A DNA stretch of 46,103 nt, taken from the NCBI GenBank assembly GCA_001768975.1, contig MEND01000098.1, positions 1 through 46,103 on the forward strand. Reading direction: 5' to 3'. Both the position numbers and the translations under genes were made by a program. The notes below the pieces were generated by a model. That model was not told where the DNA came from and ran no database searches. It was given only the letters and a program-made list of their open reading frames with translations. This DNA comes from Bacteroidetes bacterium GWA2_31_9 (lineage in GTDB: Bacteria > Bacteroidota > Bacteroidia > Bacteroidales > GWF2-33-38). Shown piece by piece: positions 37,656 through 45,323 of the stretch. Position 1 is the first letter of the stretch, and each line of letters opens with the position of its first letter.

Positions 37656-38288
37656 ATGATGTTAAAAGAGCTTGTAAAAAAAATATCATTTTTTAAAGAT
37701 TCTGAATATTTTCAATCAGGTTTATTGCGTTCGATTAAAACCGAAACAAAATTATTAGAAGAAAGAACGATAGTAAATAATTTTTTGTCGCTATTAATTG
37801 ATTCTAAATTTGATTATGATTTTATTCTTAGTATTTTGTTTTCAGAACTTTATATGAATATTTGTCAACATTCGGAATCTGAACAATCGTTTTATTATTT
37901 TTCAAAATGCAATTCAGAAAATTCGATTGAAATTATATTTTTTGACACAGGTGTTGGAATTCCAAATAAAATTCGAGCATACTATAAAAATAAAACTTTT
38001 GAAAGCGATTCTGAGTGTATCGAATTTGCGTTACAAAACGATGTTACAACTAAAAGCTTTATTCAAAATTATGGAAGAGGTTTAGATAATGTAAAATCTT
38101 GTATTTCTTCATATTGTGGAGAATTTCAGATTTTTTCTGGAAATGGTAAATTTTCTTTTGATGGAACAAAATATATAAAACGTTCGTTATCAAAAAAAAT
38201 AAACGGAACAATGGTTTTTATTAAAATCAATTTAAATAATCTTACAATTAAGCAAGATAATGATTACTCAAATGAATTAACTTTTTAA
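37656..38288 (+). CDS. Small stand-alone GHKL (Bergerat-fold) ATPase/kinase-like protein, RsbW/SpoIIAB-like layout
   Basis: N-box SELYMNICQHS (E64..N67..H72), G1 box FFDTGVGIP (D97xGxG101), G2 box NYGRGLDNV (G140xGL), in canonical order within 210 aa. No TM, DHp or sensor domain. Confidence 0.6.
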   Translation: MMLKELVKKISFFKDSEYFQSGLLRSIKTETKLLEERTIVNNFLSLLIDSKFDYDFILSILFSELYMNICQHSESEQSFYYFSKCNSENSIEIIFFDTGVGIPNKIRAYYKNKTFESDSECIEFALQNDVTTKSFIQNYGRGLDNVKSCISSYCGEFQIFSGNGKFSFDGTKYIKRSLSKKINGTMVFIKINLNNLTIKQDNDYSNELTF

Positions 38289-38289
38289 T

Positions 38290-39111
38290 ATGATAATTCG
38301 AGTTGTTGATATTACAAATGATTATTATTCAGGAATATCTGGATTAAAGGTTGGGAAGTATATAGATAAAGCAATCTTAGATAATCCTGAAACAGCTATC
38401 TCTGTTTCATTTTATGGGATAGAATCAATTGCACCATCGTTTGTTAATGGAGCATTATTATACATCGTTGATTTATATGGAGTAGATTTTTTTAAATCAA
38501 AAATTAAAATTATTGAGGTATCAAGCAAAGTTCAGTTTTTAATTAAGGATAATGTTTTAAAATATTTTGATTTTAAAAATTCATTTATGCAACAATTAAA
38601 AGCCAAGAATTTTTATTTAGCAATTGATGGAAGTAATGAAAGTGAAAGCATTAAACAGTATTTAAAGAATCTGAATAAATCGGAATCTTTAAACATTAAT
38701 TTTAATAATGATTTTATAGATTCTAATAGGATTAAACAATATATTAAAAATACAGACTGTGTAATATTTATATTGTCGGAAAAAAATTATTCCAATATTA
38801 TTTTAGAGTTGTTATCAGTAGCTATTCAAAATAATTTACCTTGTATTTTATTAATAAAGAAGGGTGTTTATATTAATTTAACAGAGAGAGAAAAAGATAA
38901 GGTTTTTATCTCTAGATTTGATAATAAAAATATTATAAAATCAATCAGGGATATTAATGAAATAGTATTAAAAAATAATATAAACTCGCCAAATATTCAA
39001 AAAGCTCAATTAAAAAGATCAAAAAATACTGAACCCATAATTTTTTGGTCAGCTTTAGCTTTTTTAGCAAATCTTTTGTTTAGTAGCATGTTAGTTAAAA
39101 GTAAAAAATAA
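38290..39111 (+). CDS. STAS-like (DUF4325-type) domain, then a TIR-like/Rossmannoid domain and a C-terminal TM anchor
   Basis: aa 1-95 show the DUF4325-like pattern (GLKVGKYIDKAIL..AISVSFYGIESIAPSFVNGAL..). aa ~107-228 show alternating beta/alpha elements (FYLAIDG, ESIKQYLKNL, DCVIFILSEKNYSNIILELLSVAIQNNLPCILLIKKG). aa 249-268 form a hydrophobic helix, IIFWSALAFLANLLFSSMLV. ATG lies 1 nt after the upstream stop. Domain calls come from pattern reading only. Confidence 0.45.
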   Translation: MIIRVVDITNDYYSGISGLKVGKYIDKAILDNPETAISVSFYGIESIAPSFVNGALLYIVDLYGVDFFKSKIKIIEVSSKVQFLIKDNVLKYFDFKNSFMQQLKAKNFYLAIDGSNESESIKQYLKNLNKSESLNINFNNDFIDSNRIKQYIKNTDCVIFILSEKNYSNIILELLSVAIQNNLPCILLIKKGVYINLTEREKDKVFISRFDNKNIIKSIRDINEIVLKNNINSPNIQKAQLKRSKNTEPIIFWSALAFLANLLFSSMLVKSKK

Positions 39112-39123
39112 TAATCAATTTAT

Positions 39124-40491
39124 ATGTCGGAAGTAGTTGAAAAAAAAGATATTAAATCGCAATATTTAGAACTCTTCAGTGAAAATATTGATAAAATATC
39201 TAATGTATCATCTTCAATAATAAATAAATTCAGAAATCAAGCCATTAAAGATTTTGAAAAGTTAGATATTCCGAACAAAAGGAATGAAAATTATAAATAT
39301 TTAGATTTAAAAACCGCTTTCGATAATAAATACAATTATAATTTTATTCAAAGTAAAATACAGGTTAAGCTCGAAGAGGTTTTTCGTTGTGATGTTCCAG
39401 AAATGGATACCGAAAGTATTGTTCTTATAAATGGATGGTACGGAAATAAAACAAATTTACTTCAAAAGGTTGAGGGGAAAGCTATTATTGGAAGTTTTTC
39501 GGAAGCAGCAAAACAATATCCCGATTTATTTGAGAAGTATTATTCGAAATCGAAAAATATTGAAAAAGAAAGTTTAGTTTCTCTAAATACCGCATTTGCA
39601 GGCGATGGCATTTTCTTTTATGTGCCAGATAATATCGTGCTTGAAAAGCCAATTCAAATTATCAACTTGATGGTTAGCGAAGAAGATACTTTTGCTCAAC
39701 CACGAAACTTATTTATTCTTGGAAAAAACAGTCAGGCTAAAATTATAGTTTGCGACCACACTTTATCGGCAAGTAAATTTCTTTCAAACTCAGTTACAGA
39801 AGTTTTTCAGGAAGAAAATTCGGTTTTTGATATTTATAATCTTCAAAACGAGCATAATGGTGCATCGAAAGTGTCTTCTGTATTTTTCAATCAAAGCAAT
39901 AAAAGCACATTATTATCAAACATTATTACTCTTCATGGCGGAGTTGTCAGAAACAATGTTTATGTAAATGTTGATGGCGAACATTGCGAAAGTAAGCTTT
40001 ATGGACTTTATTTGTCAGACAAATGGCAAAACATTGATAACTATACTTATGTGTCGCATAATAAGCCAAATTGCAATAGCAGCCAATTTTATAAAGGAAT
40101 ACTTGACGATGCATCAATAGGTGCTTTTAATGGAAAAATTTATGTTAGCAGAGAAGCTCAAAAAACATCTGCTTATCAGGCAAATAATAACATTCTGTTG
40201 ACAAATGATGCAAAAGTTAATTCCAAGCCTCAACTAGAAATTTATGCCGATGATGTTAAATGTAGTCATGGAGCAACTTCTGGTCAAATTGATGAAAATG
40301 CGTTATTTTATTTACGTTCGAGAGGAATTTCCGAAAAAGAAGCAAGATTCCTGTTGTTATATGCTTTTACAAACGAAATAATTAAGGAAATTAAAGTAGA
40401 AGCTTTAAGAGATAGAATTAGTAATTTGGTTGATAAACGTTTACGAGGAGAATTAGCACGTTGCAATAGCTGTGTAATTAATTGTTGTTAA
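39124..40491 (+). CDS. sufD: Fe-S cluster assembly protein SufD
   Basis: About 455 aa. C-terminal beta-helix region with SufB/D family motifs (KPQLEIYADDVKCSHGATSGQIDENALFYLRSRGISEKEARFLL). Confidence 0.9.
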   Translation: MSEVVEKKDIKSQYLELFSENIDKISNVSSSIINKFRNQAIKDFEKLDIPNKRNENYKYLDLKTAFDNKYNYNFIQSKIQVKLEEVFRCDVPEMDTESIVLINGWYGNKTNLLQKVEGKAIIGSFSEAAKQYPDLFEKYYSKSKNIEKESLVSLNTAFAGDGIFFYVPDNIVLEKPIQIINLMVSEEDTFAQPRNLFILGKNSQAKIIVCDHTLSASKFLSNSVTEVFQEENSVFDIYNLQNEHNGASKVSSVFFNQSNKSTLLSNIITLHGGVVRNNVYVNVDGEHCESKLYGLYLSDKWQNIDNYTYVSHNKPNCNSSQFYKGILDDASIGAFNGKIYVSREAQKTSAYQANNNILLTNDAKVNSKPQLEIYADDVKCSHGATSGQIDENALFYLRSRGISEKEARFLLLYAFTNEIIKEIKVEALRDRISNLVDKRLRGELARCNSCVINCC

Positions 40492-40652
40492 ATTTTTTTT
40501 GAAGCAGATTATTTTATAAATTTACATATAAATTAATCGTAATAGTTTTAACAACTAAACAGTTTGAACAATTATTTAATTGAACACACAAGTGTACTTC
40601 TACAAGAATTTTAGTGGAAATTAATGATTTTAGAAAATAAATAAATTTCAAA

Positions 40653-40895
40653 ATGAGCACTTTAGACCTTAAAAGAAACTTACATTTATTGATAGATAGT
40701 ATTGATAATGAAAATCTTTTGTTGAATTTTTATAACTTAATGAAAACTCGTACTTCATTAAATGAAGGTAAGTTATGGGAAAAGCTATCTGAACAGGAGC
40801 AAAATGAATTACTATTAGCATTTGAAGAAAGCTTTGAACCTGAAAATTTGATTTCATTAGAAGTAATGAAAAAAAAACATGAAAAATGGCTTTAA
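40653..40895 (+). CDS. Putative antitoxin (small acidic helical protein) of a ParE/RelE-type TA pair
   Basis: 80 aa. Overlaps the downstream toxin gene by 10 nt (ATGGCTTTAA). N-terminus LDLKRNLHLLIDSIDNENLL is typical of small Bacteroidota antitoxin partners. The family is not identifiable by eye. Confidence 0.5.
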   Translation: MSTLDLKRNLHLLIDSIDNENLLLNFYNLMKTRTSLNEGKLWEKLSEQEQNELLLAFEESFEPENLISLEVMKKKHEKWL

Positions 40896-41188
40896 TAATA
40901 AAATTGTCGAAAAGAGCAGATATAAAATTTGATAAAATTCTAGATTATTTATTATTAGAGTATGGTGAAGAGAGCACTAAAATATTTGTGAAAAAAGTTT
41001 ATAATTTTCTTGAGGTTTTATCAGAATTTCCTGAAATAGGAACAATTGAAAATAGAGAAAAAGGAATCAGAAGTTTTACAATTATAGAACAAATAAATGT
41101 TTTTTATAGGATTGAAAATGAGAAAATTATTATACTAACTTTTTTTGACAACAGACAAAATCCAAAAAAGAAAAGTAAAATAATTTAG
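40886..41188 (+). CDS. Type II toxin, RelE/ParE superfamily
   Basis: 100 aa. LSKRADIKFDKILDYLLLEYGEES..FPEIGT....IRSFTI.E.INVFYRIENEKIIILTFFDNRQNPKK follows the ParE-like toxin pattern common in Bacteroidota. Confidence 0.7.
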   Translation: MALIIKLSKRADIKFDKILDYLLLEYGEESTKIFVKKVYNFLEVLSEFPEIGTIENREKGIRSFTIIEQINVFYRIENEKIIILTFFDNRQNPKKKSKII

Positions 41189-41260
41189 TTAAAAAATAAT
41201 TTATTTGAAAATATATTTCTTTGAATTTGATTAATTTTCAATAAGCAACAAAAAATTATT

Positions 41261-42487
41261 ATGACTTTTGATATAAAAAAAATAAGAGCTGATTTTCCAA
41301 TTTTAAGCCGTGAAGTGAATAAAAAACCATTGATTTATCTTGACAATGGTGCAACAACACAGAAGCCTCAAGTAGTTATTGATAAAATAGTTGATATATA
41401 TACAAATTATAACAGCAATATTCATCGTGGTGTTCATTATTTGAGCAGTTACACTTCAGAGGCTTATGAAAATTCGAGAAAAACTGTTCAATCGTTTATA
41501 AATGCCAAATATTCGCATGAAGTAATTTTTACAAGTGGAACAACCGGCTCAATAAATACACTTGCCGACTCTTTATGTCAGGATTATATAAAGCCTGATG
41601 ATGAGGTAATTATTTCAGAATTAGAGCATCATGCAAATATAGTTTCGTGGCAAGTTCAGTTTGGTGGTAAAGGAGTAAAACTTAAAGTATTACCAATAAA
41701 TGATGCCGGTGAGCTTTTGATTGAGAAATTACCTGAATTGATTTCTGAAAAAACTAAACTTATTTCTATAACTCAGGTATCAAACACATTAGGAACAGTT
41801 AATCCTGTAAAAGAAATTATTAAAATTGCACATCAGTATAATATTCCTGTATTAATTGATGGGGCACAGGCAGTTCAGCATACAAAAGTTGACGTTCAAG
41901 ATTTGGATTGCGACTTTTATGTTTTTTCCGGTCACAAAATATATGCACCAACCGGAATCGGAGTTTTATATGGAAAAGAAAAATGGCTCGACAAACTTCC
42001 CCCTTGCCAAGGTGGTGGCGATATGATTTTGTCGGGTTCAGTGTCGTTTGAAAAAACACTTTATCAAAGATTACCTTTTAAATTTGAAGCAGGAACAACA
42101 AATTATGTTGGAGCTATTGCAATGGCTACAGCTTTAGAATATGTTCAAGGCATTGGAATTGAAAATATTGAAAATTACGAAAAGCAATTATTAGAATATG
42201 CAAACAAAAAATTATCGTCAATTTCTGAATTGATAATTTACGGAAATGCAAAAAATAAAGCTTGTGTAATTTCATTTCTTATAGATACCGTTCACCATTA
42301 CGATACTGGTATGATACTCGATAAATTAGGAATTGCAGTTAGAACAGGCACACATTGCACCGAACCTTTGATGAAACGCCTAAGAATTGATGGAACTGTT
42401 CGTGCATCGATGGCTTTTTACAATACATTTGAAGAAATTGATGTACTATGCAGTGGAATAGAGAGAGTTAAAACAATGTTTTTTTAA
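41261..42487 (+). CDS. sufS: Cysteine desulfurase SufS (group II, PLP-dependent)
   Basis: IYLDNGATTQKP, HHANIVSW, PLP-lysine context FSGHKIYAPTGIGVLYG, catalytic Cys loop RTGTHCTEPL. 408 aa. Confidence 0.95.
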   Translation: MTFDIKKIRADFPILSREVNKKPLIYLDNGATTQKPQVVIDKIVDIYTNYNSNIHRGVHYLSSYTSEAYENSRKTVQSFINAKYSHEVIFTSGTTGSINTLADSLCQDYIKPDDEVIISELEHHANIVSWQVQFGGKGVKLKVLPINDAGELLIEKLPELISEKTKLISITQVSNTLGTVNPVKEIIKIAHQYNIPVLIDGAQAVQHTKVDVQDLDCDFYVFSGHKIYAPTGIGVLYGKEKWLDKLPPCQGGGDMILSGSVSFEKTLYQRLPFKFEAGTTNYVGAIAMATALEYVQGIGIENIENYEKQLLEYANKKLSSISELIIYGNAKNKACVISFLIDTVHHYDTGMILDKLGIAVRTGTHCTEPLMKRLRIDGTVRASMAFYNTFEEIDVLCSGIERVKTMFF

Positions 42488-42498
42488 TACAATATATT

Positions 42499-43116
42499 AT
42501 GGCTAAAGTCTTAGTTACTGAGGAAAAATTAAATTTTGCTATCGAATATTTCAATGAGCTTAATGAAAAAGAATACATTAAAATATTGAATGATTTTCAG
42601 AAAGAACAAATTCATTTGAGAGATTATTTACAAGAATTAAATGCTGGTTTTGAATTAGACAGTGAGCTTTTTGACGATGTAATGGACATGACATTAATTA
42701 TTTGGAAAGCATTTAAGGATTCTAATAATAATGTTTTCCCGATTGTAACTGACGATATTATTGACCAAGTTGAGATAGAGGCTGAAAATGCAGATAATGA
42801 ATTAGCCAAATCGCTCGGAATAAATTTGGATGACGAGAAGGTTGATTTATCGAAACTTAAAACAATAAACGACAAGTTTAAAGCTGGTGACGTTGATAGT
42901 CCTGAAGAGCTTTTAAAGTTGATTGAAAAAAATAATTTGGGAGATTTTCTGAAAAAATCGGAAGGTTCGCACACAGAAAATCAGGAAGTTTTGACTGATT
43001 TTGTTTACGAAGAAGTGTATTCGATGGAAGATATTGAAGCCGTTGATGCATCGGCATGTTGTGATATTTTGTTTGATGTAATAAAGTGTTTTGATAAAAC
43101 AATAAATAAAAAATAA
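42499..43116 (+). CDS. Hypothetical highly acidic protein (205 aa) nested between sufS and sufE
   Basis: Long ORF on the operon strand, 11 nt after the sufS stop and ending 2 nt before the sufE ATG. D/E-rich. C-terminal Cys cluster DASACCDILFDVIKCF. No family recognised. Confidence 0.55.
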   Translation: MAKVLVTEEKLNFAIEYFNELNEKEYIKILNDFQKEQIHLRDYLQELNAGFELDSELFDDVMDMTLIIWKAFKDSNNNVFPIVTDDIIDQVEIEAENADNELAKSLGINLDDEKVDLSKLKTINDKFKAGDVDSPEELLKLIEKNNLGDFLKKSEGSHTENQEVLTDFVYEEVYSMEDIEAVDASACCDILFDVIKCFDKTINKK

Positions 43117-43118
43117 AA

Positions 43119-43538
43119 ATGAGCGAAATTCAGGAACAAATAATTGAAGAATTTTCACTTTTAGAAGACTGGATGGATAAATATAATTATCTTATCGAAC
43201 TTGGTAAAGAATTGCCAGCCATAGACGAAAAATTTAAAACTGATGAATATTTGATTCGAGGCTGCCAGTCGAAGGTTTGGCTAAATGTTGAGGAAAAAGA
43301 CGGAATCTTACATTTTACAGCCGATAGCGATGCAATTATTACTAAAGGTATTGTTTCATTATTGATTAAAGCTATAACCGGAAGAACTCCCGACGAAATT
43401 GTTGAAACAGAATTGTATTTTATTGACAAAATCGGATTAAAAGAAAATCTTTCGCCAACTCGTGCAAATGGCCTGGTTGCAATGGTTAAGCAGATGAAGC
43501 TTTATGCTATTGCTTACAGGGAAAAGCTTAAAGGATAA
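43119..43538 (+). CDS. sufE: Sulfur acceptor protein SufE
   Basis: 139 aa. Conserved active-site Cys context YLIRGCQSKVWL, then FTADSDAIITKGIVSLL and SPTRANGL. Confidence 0.9.
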   Translation: MSEIQEQIIEEFSLLEDWMDKYNYLIELGKELPAIDEKFKTDEYLIRGCQSKVWLNVEEKDGILHFTADSDAIITKGIVSLLIKAITGRTPDEIVETELYFIDKIGLKENLSPTRANGLVAMVKQMKLYAIAYREKLKG

Positions 43539-43653
43539 AAGCACCAAACTCAAAGATTAAAGCCCAAAGGTTGGAAGAAGAAGTAAGCAGTATTCAGAAA
43601 GCAGTAAACAGTAACAAAGAACAACAAACTACAAACTACAAACAATCCTATAT

Positions 43654-43977
43654 ATGACACAAGAAGATGAACTTTTTATACTAGAATCGACAATAGTAAC
43701 TACTCTAAAAACTATTTTCGACCCCGAAATTCCAGTAAATATTTATGAATTAGGGCTTATTTATAAAATTGATATTGACGAATACAATAATGTTGAAATT
43801 ACAATGACTCTGACTTCGCCAAATTGCCCAATGGCAGACGATTTAATTCAGGAAGTTAGAGACAAGGTTAAAGGAATAGAAAAAGTAAACAGAGTTACAA
43901 TTGATTTAGTTTTTGACCCACCATGGTCGCAAGATATGTTATCGGATGAAGCAAAACTTGATTTGGGATTATTATAA
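43654..43977 (+). CDS. SUF-system DUF59 (MIP18/SufT-like) Fe-S assembly protein
   Basis: 107 aa. DPEIPVNIYELGLIY...TLTSPNCPMAD (conserved Cys)...DPPWSQDMLS. Confidence 0.85.
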   Translation: MTQEDELFILESTIVTTLKTIFDPEIPVNIYELGLIYKIDIDEYNNVEITMTLTSPNCPMADDLIQEVRDKVKGIEKVNRVTIDLVFDPPWSQDMLSDEAKLDLGLL

Positions 43978-43986
43978 TTATTATTT

Positions 43987-44802
43987 ATGACTAAATATTT
44001 TAAAGTTTTTTTAATTTGTTATTCTACATTAGTTCTAAACTTAACAGGTTTTTCGCAGGTCAAATTAACTATCGATAGCCTTAAACTTTCGCCTCCCGGA
44101 ACAGTTTGGGTAAAAGACAATATTTACATCGACCAATTTCCTGTAACAAATGCCGATTATACCGAGTTTTTGCTCACAGCTGCAGCTTATTACAATCCAA
44201 AAGTTCATGATACTATTCAAAAAATGCCGACTTATAAAGTGAATTGGAAAAAGCTATCTGAATATTTTTTTACTTTAGAACTTGATGAGGATTTTTTAAA
44301 AAAGCTTGATTTGAATTATTACGAACCTCTTAGTTGGACAAATGACTCGAATCTGCAATTTTCGTATTACGACGATGAATATTATAGCAATTTTCCAATA
44401 GTCAATATCTCGTACGAACAAGCCAAAGAGTATTGTAAATGGCGTTCAGATATGGTTTTATTAAGCTATGCAATAAATGTAAGTAGCAAAAAGAAGCGTG
44501 ATGTTTTATATACTAAATTCAATTTCAGGCTTCCAAGGTTTGATGAATGGAAAAGTGCTTACGATATTTTTGAAATCAAAAACGAACCTTTTACAAAACC
44601 AGTTTCAGGAGAGGATTCAGAATCTGAATATTTTCATTACACTCCCGGAAATGTTTCGGAAATGCTTGATGTAAAAGGACAAGCTGTTGGTGTAAGCTGG
44701 AAAGATAATTTAGATTCAACAAAACCAATTAATCCTGTTCAATATCAAAAACCCAGCGACTGGCTAGGATTTAGATGTATTTGTGAGATTCTTGAATATT
44801 AG
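43987..44802 (+). CDS. Secreted FGE/SUMF1-domain family protein (divergent)
   Basis: Signal peptide. PVTNADYTEFL, NISYEQAKEYCKWRS, FRLPRFDEW, GNVSEML, SWKD and terminal WLGFRCICE match the FGE-sulfatase domain order. Confidence 0.6.
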   Translation: MTKYFKVFLICYSTLVLNLTGFSQVKLTIDSLKLSPPGTVWVKDNIYIDQFPVTNADYTEFLLTAAAYYNPKVHDTIQKMPTYKVNWKKLSEYFFTLELDEDFLKKLDLNYYEPLSWTNDSNLQFSYYDDEYYSNFPIVNISYEQAKEYCKWRSDMVLLSYAINVSSKKKRDVLYTKFNFRLPRFDEWKSAYDIFEIKNEPFTKPVSGEDSESEYFHYTPGNVSEMLDVKGQAVGVSWKDNLDSTKPINPVQYQKPSDWLGFRCICEILEY

Positions 44803-45323
44803 AGGGTTTGACGACACTGTTAAAAAAATTCTTTATTTACATCTAATATTTCTGAACTAAAACTTATATGTACAATATTCAGAATATCAGCATTTAAGCA
44901 CAGTAATTCTGAATTAAAATAATTAATTTTATCTGGTTAATTATTACTTTAATCAAAGATTGATATTTAAAATACAGAAATAACATATTTTAACTATTGT
45001 TTATTATGGGCATCTCAATTCCTGTATGATATTCAAATGAAAAAACATATAATATAATTATATATTTAAAATTGTCTTCTATTTTGTAATCTAAGCCTCG
45101 TATATTTGTAATAGTAAGATTATTAACAAGATACACGCAATATATTTTTTAATATATTATTTACTTAAATCATTTTTTTTAGTCATCAAATATTGCTGAT
45201 TAGTCAAAAATGAAACATTGCAATTTTTAATTAAGGCATTATTAAAACTAAAAATTATAAATTTATTTAACTTTAAATATATAATCTAAATTATTAATTA
45301 TCAAACAATTAAATTTACCTTTT

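Noticed and set aside
37625-39123. Mobile-element boundaries (direct repeats, inverted repeats, integrase or transposase) around the GHKL/STAS insertion and the TA insertion
   Set aside because: None is visible by eye at the junctions and no recombinase gene is in the window, so I do not call a mobile element. This needs a comparison with an empty site in a relative.
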